In this document: positions 41,630 to 50,625 of the stretch, one piece after another | Position numbering within the stretch: the stretch's first letter is position 1 | Layout: each line of letters starts with the position of its first letter | Source of the DNA: an uncultured Gammaproteobacteria bacterium | GTDB lineage: Bacteria; Patescibacteriota; Microgenomatia; Levybacterales; UBA12049 | Assembly (NCBI GenBank): GCA_964553245.1 | Contig: CAZKJM010000001.1 | Coordinates: 362,667-426,666 of the forward strand | DNA: 64,000 nt | Direction: 5' to 3' | Notes under the pieces: generated by a model | The model's database searches: none | The model's input: the letters and a program-made list of their open reading frames with translations, nothing else | Told to the model about the DNA's origin: nothing | Translations under genes and position numbers: made by a program

Positions 41630-43515
41630 CTATGACAAACGATACAACCAAAAAAATTAAAATCGGCACACCAAACGGCAGACCCATGCTAACCTGGGTG
41701 AACAAGAAACCCCTTGAGTCAGTTACTGGCTATCCCACACAACTTACCGAGAGTTTCGGAGATAAAGAGGCACTTAAAGTGCCTGAATACAACAAGCTAG
41801 AAAAGAACTGGCACAATCTCCTCTTCCACGGCGATAACAAAGAAGTCCTCGCCTCCCTCCTAGAACAAGGATTCAGAGGAAAAGTTGATTTGATCTACAT
41901 CGATCCTCCTTTCGCAAGCAATAAAGATTACATGCGGAATATTGAACTAAGAGGTTTGAAAAACCTGGGACAAATTGAAGAAGATAGTGAATCTATTATT
42001 CAACAAACGATGTATGAGGATATTTGGAAAAGAGATGAGTATTACCAATTCATGTATGAAAGACTAATTTTGTTAAAGGAATTACTTTCAGAAAACGGTG
42101 TTATTTATCTCCACATCGACTACAGAGCCGCTCATTATATGAAAGTTCTTATGGATGAAGTTTTCGGTGAAGATAACTTCCTAAACTCACTTGTCTGGAT
42201 GTTTTCGACAAGAAGTTCCATCAAAACAACCTGGAAAAGAACTCATCACGATATTCTTCTTTACAAGAAACATGGTGATCCTGTTTTTAACTGGAATGAC
42301 GAAATGGTAATTGAACCCCTTTCTGAAAGCACGATCTCAAAATACAAGTATGAAGACGAAGTTGGTAAATATAGGCTAAACGGTAGGAATATCAAAGGAA
42401 GTCCGATTAAGAGCGCAAAAGATGTTGATCCAAAATGGGAAGAAACAAACCCAGAATGGGTGGTAAGAGATTACTTAAGGGGAGGTAAAGTAGCCAGTGA
42501 TTATTTTTTCATCGAGATAGAAAATCAGGCATCAAAAGACAGAACTGACTACGCAACACAAAAACCAGAAGAATTACTTTATAAACTTATTTCTGCTTCC
42601 TCAAAGCCAAATCAACTAGTGTTAGATTGCTTTGTTGGCTCTGGAACAACCTGTGCTGTAGCTCAAAAACTTGGTAGGCGATGGATTGGTGTTGATGTCA
42701 ACAAGGGAGCTATTCAAGTAACCAGTAAGAGATTACAGAAAATTATTAAGGAACAAAACAAAAAACTTCTTGACGGACAAATTAGCAAAGCCTTTGGAAT
42801 CTATAAGGTCAACAATTACGATCTCAGAATTCTAAAAACAGAGGCTAAGGAACTGGCAATTCAGCAATATGGAATCACCAGGACAAAAACAGAGGCTTTC
42901 TTTGATGGCTTACGGGATAGTGGTGAGCTGGTAAAAATCATCGATTTTAATCACCCACTTACGCTCCTAGACCTGCAACTCATCAAAGATGAACTCGACA
43001 AACGACCTGACGAAGACAGGGATATTGTCGTGATCTGTCTAGGCAGAGAAACAAAGGTAGATTCCTGGGTTGAGGAATGGAACAAAAAGCAACCTCACAA
43101 AGACGCGCGCACCAGTCGCCGCATGAGGCAATTCGTCGTCTTTGATCTTAAAGACAAGAACTTTGTCAGTTACGAGCCTTCCAAAGCTGAAGTGGAAATT
43201 ACCAGAGCGGGCAAGAATAAAGCAAAAATTAAAGTTACTTCCTTTATTTCCCCCACTATCATCAAGCGCTTGGAGCTTGAACCAGGATTGCTGCAGAAAA
43301 AAATTCCAGATTTCAGATCAATGATTGATGTCGTCTTGGTTGATACCAACTACGACGGCGAGGTGTTCAAAATTGGCTTCTCTGATGTCCCAGAGAAACA
43401 AAACGATCTGGTCAAAGGAGAATACGAACTTGAGATAACAGAAAAACCAACCAAAGCGGCAGTCAAAATCATTGACATGTTAGGAGAAGAAGTCTTGGTT
43501 ACCAAAGAAGTGTAA
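41626..43515 (+). CDS. mod: Type III adenine methyltransferase Mod
   Basis: [21 protein letters not shown]; ATGA overlap with res. Confidence 0.9.
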   Translation: MTMTNDTTKKIKIGTPNGRPMLTWVNKKPLESVTGYPTQLTESFGDKEALKVPEYNKLEKNWHNLLFHGDNKEVLASLLEQGFRGKVDLIYIDPPFASNKDYMRNIELRGLKNLGQIEEDSESIIQQTMYEDIWKRDEYYQFMYERLILLKELLSENGVIYLHIDYRAAHYMKVLMDEVFGEDNFLNSLVWMFSTRSSIKTTWKRTHHDILLYKKHGDPVFNWNDEMVIEPLSESTISKYKYEDEVGKYRLNGRNIKGSPIKSAKDVDPKWEETNPEWVVRDYLRGGKVASDYFFIEIENQASKDRTDYATQKPEELLYKLISASSKPNQLVLDCFVGSGTTCAVAQKLGRRWIGVDVNKGAIQVTSKRLQKIIKEQNKKLLDGQISKAFGIYKVNNYDLRILKTEAKELAIQQYGITRTKTEAFFDGLRDSGELVKIIDFNHPLTLLDLQLIKDELDKRPDEDRDIVVICLGRETKVDSWVEEWNKKQPHKDARTSRRMRQFVVFDLKDKNFVSYEPSKAEVEITRAGKNKAKIKVTSFISPTIIKRLELEPGLLQKKIPDFRSMIDVVLVDTNYDGEVFKIGFSDVPEKQNDLVKGEYELEITEKPTKAAVKIIDMLGEEVLVTKEV

Positions 43516-43580
43516 CCAGAACTTCTCCGAAAAAATACCTGTAGACGACTGCCCTTAATTGGGCAGTTTTTTGTAGAAAT

Positions 43581-44126
43581 ATGGCAAAAAATCAAATAAC
43601 AACAAACAGCGACAAACTCATCTTTGAGGAAATCAAGGAACGGCTAAAAGATCAGCTTGATTCGGTAGACAGTATGGATACAAAGGCTGGGATAGTCCTC
43701 GGCTTTAATGGAGCAATTTTAGCTGCCCTACTTAACTCCGACTGGTTTAGAACTCTTCCAATTTACTTCTTAGGTTTCATCTTGTTGGCAATTTGTGTGA
43801 CAACTGGAGTTGCCCTAAAAGCATTTCTCGTCAGAGCTTATAAAAAAGACCCAGACCCCTCGAAGTTAATCGAAGGTTATCAAGGAAAAAAAGAAAATGA
43901 GACACGAGGGCAACTAATCAGAAACTTTGAGAAGTGTTTCAATAACAACAAAGAAATGATTGAAAACAAGAAGAAATATATAAATTGGAGTTTTAAGCTA
44001 TTGGCTTTAACTGTAGGGATCGTTGCATTTGTTGCTCTTATAACAACTTTTATTAACAACGCAAATTATTATTCTCCATGGAGAATGCATAGACAGGAGG
44101 TGACCAAACATGGCAGATTCAGATAA
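43581..44126 (+). CDS. Three-TM hypothetical protein
   Basis: DTKAG + TM helices; pattern common in defence islands. Confidence 0.65.
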   Translation: MAKNQITTNSDKLIFEEIKERLKDQLDSVDSMDTKAGIVLGFNGAILAALLNSDWFRTLPIYFLGFILLAICVTTGVALKAFLVRAYKKDPDPSKLIEGYQGKKENETRGQLIRNFEKCFNNNKEMIENKKKYINWSFKLLALTVGIVAFVALITTFINNANYYSPWRMHRQEVTKHGRFR

Positions 44127-44334
44127 CACACAACCACAACCAAGCCAACAAGTTAATACAACACCCACCCCTCCTGCGCCAGAACCAAGCAACATACCGC
44201 CAAGCGCAGATCAAAACCTATCCTCGACAATGAATAAAGGTTTAACTCCAAACTCGAGTATCTCAGCTAAACCCGATGTTTCATTGAATTCGACGAAAAC
44301 TATGAACGAGGACGGCTTGAGGATAACCAAATAA
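44110..44334 (+). CDS. Small low-complexity P/Q/T/S-rich protein
   Basis: AGGAGGTGA SD at 44095-44103; overlaps upstream gene. Confidence 0.6.
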   Translation: MADSDNTQPQPSQQVNTTPTPPAPEPSNIPPSADQNLSSTMNKGLTPNSSISAKPDVSLNSTKTMNEDGLRITK

Positions 44335-44337
44335 TAT

Positions 44338-47300
44338 ATGATCGATTTATACCAAGGTAAGCTCGATAACCAGAAAATTAAACAAAAAATAAGAAGGCGC
44401 AATTACTCAGGTAATTACAAGCCTTCCGAATCATTGATACAAGATATCATTGAGCAATTTTGGTTTCACGATCATTACAACAGTCTTATATCTGACGAGC
44501 TTTACCTTAGCTTTTTACTTAGTTACCTAAAAAGTACTAAACCTCGCGAATTCAGTCGATACGATTTCTATAAATTCATTTTTGATCAGATCGATAAGGA
44601 ACCTAGTGGAAGAGTAATTTTGCAGCAGATTGCTCTTGCGTTTGAGAAACAGATGAGCGATGCAATGCTACCAGATGACTACACTACCCTCTTACAAGGT
44701 GTTGGGAATATACCAGATGGTAAATTTGACGCTTTGTGGATGGATAAAAATCACCTCGCGAAGATAGGGAAACGGGACGAGAAAGAATTATTCATTTGGG
44801 AACATCACACTTTAACCGAGTTTTTAGTTGCTGAGAACTTAGTTAACCAAGACGAGAAAGTTATTGAGGAATTTCAAAAGTTAGCAATCTTAAAACACGA
44901 GGGCGTAACTGCTTTCAAGCCGTCTTGGTCTGGTGTTTTGCGTTTCCTAATGGAATCTGAAAAGGGTCAGAAGACAATTGTATGGTTTATGGACTTTCTG
45001 GAAAAACATCCAGACAATTTAGATGACAACCTGGCAGAACTATTGGTTTACGAGATAAAAGGTCAAGCCTCAAAGTTGGGACAAAGAGTTTTTAATCTTA
45101 TTTACAATTCTTACTTTGACAAGGTAACCTGGATGCCAATTTGGGCAAGAGTCAGTTTATCAAAGTTCGTTGATAAACAATCATATGAACGATTAAAAAC
45201 CGACATCAAGGTTTGGTCTAATAAGACTGAAACTTTTGTGCGTCGAGGGAATGTCGTTTCAATCGTGGAAGGGTTACTAAAAGATAAAAATAAATTAGTT
45301 AGTGCAAATGAGAGAAAGTTCTGGCTCTCAAAACTAATTGAGTTTGCTAATAGTCCAGACGATGATGGAAATGGCGTTTTACAAAGACATAGCCTGGGAG
45401 CATTAGCTCAATATAAAGACGAGAAGATCATACCCAAAGTAGCACAGAAGTGTTTCAAGGAAACACGAGAATCCCTAGTTAGAGATGAGTTTACAGAATT
45501 CTGTATTGCTACCAATCCAAATTCCGAGGAGGCTATAAACTATTTTATTGAAGGAACTCCAAGTATTTACGCCCGTCATGGACTTTATCAAATCACTTCA
45601 CAAAAAGGAATTGAATATTTCCTTTCCAAGATTGTTGAAGATGAAAACTTTTTGAGGGTATTTTTGGACAAAGAAAGTATCTTTGATGAGGATGGTAGCG
45701 ATAAAAAACTCATTAATAACATTAAAAGACATGTTAACAATAAAGTGATTCCTTTATTGAAGAAACTCATTTATACCGTCATGCGGATAAGTGATTATTA
45801 TCATGAGGGACAATCCAGCTTTCTCCGTCAGATAATCCAATTAATAAACGGGCACGAACCTCGTTATCTATTTGAGATGTTGACAGACATAAAAAATGAA
45901 AACGATGAACAAAAGATAGATAGACTTTTTTGGGATTCAAGAGAACTGCTTGCACTTGCTTTAACCAAAGAAAATGTAAAAGAATACTTTGACTTTCTTA
46001 AGGATTTCCCAGACAGAACAAAAAGGGATGCACAATCTGTCGTTTATAGCGCGAAACGACTGAATGGAGTAGTTGGCGACCATGTCTATCAAGAGGCAGT
46101 TAGGCTGAAACTTGTTAAAAAAATCGACACAAGGCAATCAGAGAAATACTACGAAAAACAGGAGAAACAACGGAAACAAGGTATTTACAAGAGTTTCCTC
46201 AAACAACTCGAGTCAAAGCCAGGACAATATCTAACAAGTGTGTTTGAATACTTCACAAAAAACAAAGAGGAAATCAAAAAACAGTGGAAAGCTAACGATC
46301 AGAAAAAATTATGGAAAATAGCGATAGAAATAGGCATTAGAAAAATCAACCCGCGTGAATTTAAAGTAACACTCTCAAACAGGAAAGAAGGGAATAGCTC
46401 CTTCACCTGGAGCGCACCAGCATCATATTATGGCGATTTACTCAAAGTTGTTCAGGAATTAGCTCCAGAAGAAATTGAAAAATATAGACAAAACATCATT
46501 GATTATATTCCCTACGAATTCGATACAGGCGCGCCAGCAGATTTCATTAAGCAATTAGACGATAAAGATTTGGTATGGGTTAATCAGATAATGAGTGACC
46601 AGAGCGATGATCGTCGTTATCTCATACCACAAACTTATATTTATTTAGTTAGTGAATATGCTAAAAATGGAAGCAAACTTACTACAGTTAAACCAGTTCT
46701 GCAATCCTTTATTACTGATCCAAATATTCGAGACTATGTTCAGCGTTCTGCTCTTGAAGCCATCGCTTTCTTTATTGATAAAACCGACAAAGAAACTAAA
46801 AAATTACTCAAGGATATCTGCGCACATTCCAAAGACCAAGAGCTTGTCGAAATAGCAAATGGTATTTTGATCAGTATTTACGAAGATGAAAAAGCTATTG
46901 ACTGGCGCTTTGCAAAGGTTAAAGAACCGTTGGAGTTTCAAAGAGTCGAGGGGGTTCATTCAGTTGGTCGCGTTGAAGAAGAGTTGATGAGTATGTCCTT
47001 AGCCAAACCATTAATGGAATTAGGTGATGAAAAATACTTACCTAAATTCCTTGACTTATTAGAGTACTCGTTCAAGTTTACTGAAGGGAAAAGCGATAAG
47101 AAATATTGGGAATATGTTAACTACCTTTGGAAAACAGCAACACAGTTTGTAGACGGACTTAAAAGAAAGGGGTCATTTATCCCCCTTATGGAATTAGAAG
47201 GTTGGATCGAGGAACATTCTCAATACGAGAACATTAACTGGCTCGAGGCTCGTATAAAAGAGATTAAAAGAAATTATCTTAATCTCGTACATCCTTTTGA

Positions 47301-47763
47301 TAAATTAATAGACGGGATCGATGAACTCGGTAAGGTCAACTCGCCCACAGCTCAAATCGCTTTGTTTTTGTTTAAGGCACAACTTGTTGAAACAAGATTG
47401 CGAGAACTGATCTTAGGCATTAACTACTTTCTACAGAAGAAAAATAGCAAACTGCCGATTTATAGAAAAATTAACAGCGAAACCAGGAAATGGATAAAAA
47501 ATTTGACACTAAGTAAATTGTGTGAAGAGTTAAATAACTATCAAAGTGCATCGGTAGAAAGGTTAAAGAGTAAGTTAGGGCAATTTGCCCACTCCGAAGG
47601 AAGAAATAGATTTAACCATGAATTGTTTAATCAGACTAAGCCCGTGCAAGAATTAGCAGAAGAAGCAAAACAATATACAAAATTTGCTGAGGAAAGTTTA
47701 GACTTGATCCACAAGGTGTGGGAAGAGATCCTCTCTATTAGCACAAACAACTCGACAAACTAG
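44338..47763 (+). CDS. Helical-repeat protein with NACHT-associated helices and C-terminal HEPN-like domain
   Basis: HHTLTEFLVA, PSWSGVLRFL; RNRFNH (Rx4H); no Walker A seen. Confidence 0.55.
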   Translation: MIDLYQGKLDNQKIKQKIRRRNYSGNYKPSESLIQDIIEQFWFHDHYNSLISDELYLSFLLSYLKSTKPREFSRYDFYKFIFDQIDKEPSGRVILQQIALAFEKQMSDAMLPDDYTTLLQGVGNIPDGKFDALWMDKNHLAKIGKRDEKELFIWEHHTLTEFLVAENLVNQDEKVIEEFQKLAILKHEGVTAFKPSWSGVLRFLMESEKGQKTIVWFMDFLEKHPDNLDDNLAELLVYEIKGQASKLGQRVFNLIYNSYFDKVTWMPIWARVSLSKFVDKQSYERLKTDIKVWSNKTETFVRRGNVVSIVEGLLKDKNKLVSANERKFWLSKLIEFANSPDDDGNGVLQRHSLGALAQYKDEKIIPKVAQKCFKETRESLVRDEFTEFCIATNPNSEEAINYFIEGTPSIYARHGLYQITSQKGIEYFLSKIVEDENFLRVFLDKESIFDEDGSDKKLINNIKRHVNNKVIPLLKKLIYTVMRISDYYHEGQSSFLRQIIQLINGHEPRYLFEMLTDIKNENDEQKIDRLFWDSRELLALALTKENVKEYFDFLKDFPDRTKRDAQSVVYSAKRLNGVVGDHVYQEAVRLKLVKKIDTRQSEKYYEKQEKQRKQGIYKSFLKQLESKPGQYLTSVFEYFTKNKEEIKKQWKANDQKKLWKIAIEIGIRKINPREFKVTLSNRKEGNSSFTWSAPASYYGDLLKVVQELAPEEIEKYRQNIIDYIPYEFDTGAPADFIKQLDDKDLVWVNQIMSDQSDDRRYLIPQTYIYLVSEYAKNGSKLTTVKPVLQSFITDPNIRDYVQRSALEAIAFFIDKTDKETKKLLKDICAHSKDQELVEIANGILISIYEDEKAIDWRFAKVKEPLEFQRVEGVHSVGRVEEELMSMSLAKPLMELGDEKYLPKFLDLLEYSFKFTEGKSDKKYWEYVNYLWKTATQFVDGLKRKGSFIPLMELEGWIEEHSQYENINWLEARIKEIKRNYLNLVHPFDKLIDGIDELGKVNSPTAQIALFLFKAQLVETRLRELILGINYFLQKKNSKLPIYRKINSETRKWIKNLTLSKLCEELNNYQSASVERLKSKLGQFAHSEGRNRFNHELFNQTKPVQELAEEAKQYTKFAEESLDLIHKVWEEILSISTNNSTN

Positions 47764-47874
47764 CCACCGTGACCGCGCGTAGCGGCTTGTGTGAGGCTTT
47801 CGTGCCTGGGGTGGCATAAGATTACCTTAATTTAGCTTCGGAAGCCTTGTTGGAGCTGTGTTGAGGAATGTCCG

Positions 47875-48747
47875 TTAAAGCTTATCGATGTCCCAGCCCT
47901 CATTGTCGTAGACGGCAATTTGACCACCTTGAGTAATAGTGAGACTAACCATTGGGTAACGAGTTGACTTGGTTTTGAGACACCAGACACCCTGATCGTT
48001 CTGGTAAGCACCTTCGCGGGTATTGTCAGCATCCCCACATTCCTCAAACTCCTTGGTGAAGGGTTTGGTGTAGTCATACCACTTTACAAAGAAATTACCT
48101 GGTTTTGTGCCTTCGAACTCGTAAGTCATCTTGGTGATATCAACACCAAAAATATCCTTATGCTTAGTCATGAAGTCCTCAGCTACCTTGCGGATCTGCT
48201 CCTTAGTGGTATAGCGGGGAGTATTGTCATATTCAGGCATATTTTCGAACCAACGAGTGCCGTCATCCTTAGTCCCCCAGCGACGCTCGGCTTCACCTAC
48301 CTCAACAATGTAATTTGTCTTAGGATCGATAGTGAAACCAAACCGAGCAGCTTCGTAGTGTTCTGAGGCGGGATTATTATAATCAGTTCCACTCTCGTCA
48401 GGCTTGTTATTAAATCGACTACAGAGGAATTCTACAGGAATATCAGACATACCTAGGAACTCACGGATATTAGCGATAGCTTTTTCCCTTTCAGCAACAG
48501 GGCGCGCAGTTAACAAGCAAAACTTCTGTTGAGCTTCTTGATACTCTTGAGAGTCCTTATTAGGGTTCTTGCTCATAATAGCCAGAAGCTCAGAAACCTC
48601 TTTGTCCTTAGTGTTTTGTTGCACAGTCTGAATGACTTTTGATTTAGTAAGGAAGCGAGGAGCTAGAACAACAACTAGGACAGCAAGCACAGAGAGGAAA
48701 ATAATAGCGGGAAGAATCCGAGATTTATTTTTATGTTTCATTATCAT
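47875..48747 (-). CDS. Membrane-anchored exported protein
   Basis: GAGGAGG SD, N-terminal TM, TTGACA-18-TAATAT promoter. Confidence 0.75.
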   Translation of the reverse strand: MIMKHKNKSRILPAIIFLSVLAVLVVVLAPRFLTKSKVIQTVQQNTKDKEVSELLAIMSKNPNKDSQEYQEAQQKFCLLTARPVAEREKAIANIREFLGMSDIPVEFLCSRFNNKPDESGTDYNNPASEHYEAARFGFTIDPKTNYIVEVGEAERRWGTKDDGTRWFENMPEYDNTPRYTTKEQIRKVAEDFMTKHKDIFGVDITKMTYEFEGTKPGNFFVKWYDYTKPFTKEFEECGDADNTREGAYQNDQGVWCLKTKSTRYPMVSLTITQGGQIAVYDNEGWDIDKL

Positions 48748-48832
48748 TTTTACCTCCTCTTGGTTAAATTAATAACTTTACCCTAGAGGTGTTGCATATT
48801 AACTTCGTTGAGGGGAGATTGTCAAATCAAAC

Positions 48833-48965
48833 CAAAAAGCTCCCCCCAGCGATGACTTGCGTCACCTGCCACCCTTTCGGGAGACAGCCTCGTGAGCGCT
48901 CTAGGGAGAGCTTATTGCTCACGAGGACTTGTTTAACCATGCCCATTACTGGGTTTAGGTCGTTA
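48833..48965 (-). ncRNA. Candidate structured RNA (pseudoknot plus three GNRA hairpins)
   Basis: Interleaved 10-bp and 13-bp helices; GUAA, GAAA and GCAA loops; TGnTAAAAT upstream; U-run at end. Confidence 0.6.
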
Positions 48966-49115
48966 GGGATATTTTACCAATCTTAGAGGAAATAAGAAAT
49001 AACAATCAGAAATAACTAAAAGTGGAGATAATGTGAGCAAAAGTTAACTTGACTTTATATCTTTAATTTGTTTGAATGAGAATAGATTTAGGAAGTAAAG
49101 CCTAACGAAACGATC

Positions 49116-49175
49116 GGGGCTGTGGCTTCTGAGTATACGCACTCGCGTGTATTTAGAAGTTACAGCCCCTTTTTT
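49116..49175 (+). terminator. 25-bp leader hairpin plus T run upstream of DUF5659 operon
   Basis: 25 contiguous pairs, 5 of them G-U, ACTC loop. Confidence 0.7.
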
Positions 49176-49189
49176 GTTGCCTAATAACT

Positions 49190-49435
49190 ATGAATACACT
49201 TAATAACGATTATTACTCAACCAGCGACCTCTCACTGGCTACCACCCTCTCTCTTTGGTGTCCTATTGAAGATATTGACCGATCAAATCCCCGTAAGGCT
49301 TTGTTCATTTTCCAAAACACAGGAAAGCTTCAAGAACTTGTTGCTGAGTATTACCGCGACGAAATAAAAATATCGCCACAAGTTTATTTCAACCAATTAC
49401 GAGTCGTGAAGGCGCGGCTCTATGCCAATGGATAA
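49190..49435 (+). CDS. DUF5659 protein
   Basis: T.DL.LA..L, F.F, .P..YF..LR..K. Confidence 0.8.
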   Translation: MNTLNNDYYSTSDLSLATTLSLWCPIEDIDRSNPRKALFIFQNTGKLQELVAEYYRDEIKISPQVYFNQLRVVKARLYANG

Positions 49436-49437
49436 CT

Positions 49438-49596
49438 ATGATAAGCAGAAACCTATTACTAGAACTAAAACAGATCTTGGAAGAAGACTATCGTCTCAAA
49501 TTAACTATCCAGGAAGTGATGGAGATTGCCATGACTTTATTAGGGTACACCGAGACATTACTCAAGATTGAAGGAAAGAAAATGAATACCAGTTAG
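49438..49596 (+). CDS. 52-aa helical protein
   Basis: Not in track; MISRNLLLELKQILEEDY...; TAACTATG start context. Confidence 0.7.
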   Translation: MISRNLLLELKQILEEDYRLKLTIQEVMEIAMTLLGYTETLLKIEGKKMNTS

Positions 49597-49620
49597 CAGA
49601 AATCTTAAATAAAAATAACT

Positions 49621-49974
49621 ATGACAATCACAATTAATGACATTACCGTTAAAGTCAAATTGCTTAAATCCGACACCATCTTAGCTCAGGCAACAGTAAT
49701 ACTCTTCGATATTTGGATAGAGCATGGTTGGAAAATCCTAAAGTCAGATCGGCTTCATCCCCAATTACAAGACTATGTTTGGATTCAAGCTCCTAGTTAT
49801 AAATTTATCGGTAAGTGGAACGAAATCGTTTTTATTGACGATAGCAAGCTGTTTGATCAGGTTGTGGAGAAGGTCTACGACGCTTATCACCTTGCCAGAA
49901 GCAAAGATCCTAATTACGGAACCAAAGAACCTGTACCAACAGAGGAGGTAAACCTAGATGACATCAACATATAA
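49621..49974 (+). CDS. SpoVG-like nucleic-acid-binding protein
   Basis: A.ATV, I.GWKI, WIQAPS, acidic tail. Confidence 0.6.
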   Translation: MTITINDITVKVKLLKSDTILAQATVILFDIWIEHGWKILKSDRLHPQLQDYVWIQAPSYKFIGKWNEIVFIDDSKLFDQVVEKVYDAYHLARSKDPNYGTKEPVPTEEVNLDDINI

Positions 49975-50063
49975 AACGCATAGTAACTATATAGGGATTT
50001 ATAAAGGGACATTTACAGTAACAATTTTTCCCTTTAAGAGGGAATGTATTAAAAAGTAACTAT

Positions 50064-50522
50064 ATGAAGAAATCAATAAAAACATTAAGAAACAAAGATA
50101 AAGAATTACGCGACGAGTTGCCATTTAATGAATTTGTAACAAAGCTCGAAAACGAATCTAATCTCCAATACGCAGTATTTCTACTTTACTGTGAGTCAAA
50201 AAGTATCACCGATCTTACGAGGCAGTTGGCGGTGGAAGTTGGTCACAATGAGGGCAGAATGAGTACGGTTTTACGGCATTTTAAGGCTAATTTATCAAAA
50301 CGAACACTTGAGAGATGGAGCAGTAAATATTTCTGGGTCAAGCGCAAAGACGAACAAGTAAGAATATTCTCCAGAGATCTCGTCAAAATAATACAAGAGG
50401 ATGAGCAAAAGAAAGCGGAGGAATTTATCAGAGCCTTGAGTTCCGTCAATAGATTAATTCCAGAAGATGGAAGGAGATTTAACGGGCGAAACTTCAAGAA
50501 AAATAAGGAGGGCTGCAAATGA
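50064..50522 (+). CDS. Hypothetical HTH protein (terminase-small-like WS.KY.WV.R)
   Basis: RTLERWSSKYFWVKR. Confidence 0.5.
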   Translation: MKKSIKTLRNKDKELRDELPFNEFVTKLENESNLQYAVFLLYCESKSITDLTRQLAVEVGHNEGRMSTVLRHFKANLSKRTLERWSSKYFWVKRKDEQVRIFSRDLVKIIQEDEQKKAEEFIRALSSVNRLIPEDGRRFNGRNFKKNKEGCK

Positions 50523-50625
50523 CGGTAAAACTGCTCCATATTGACGCCAAAATGACTCCAACTATTGGGGTCTTTAGCTTGATATTCCTTAAATGTTTGT
50601 TTATGTTGTGTGTTGCAAAATAACT

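Noticed and set aside
48833-48935. HDV-like or glmS ribozyme assignment
   Set aside because: Helix order is HDV-like but P3/L3 and the catalytic joiner are absent; only a short AGCGC..ACGAGG likeness to glmS.
48789-48986. 65-aa ORF
   Set aside because: No SD or recognisable motif; overlaps the structured RNA candidate on the other strand.
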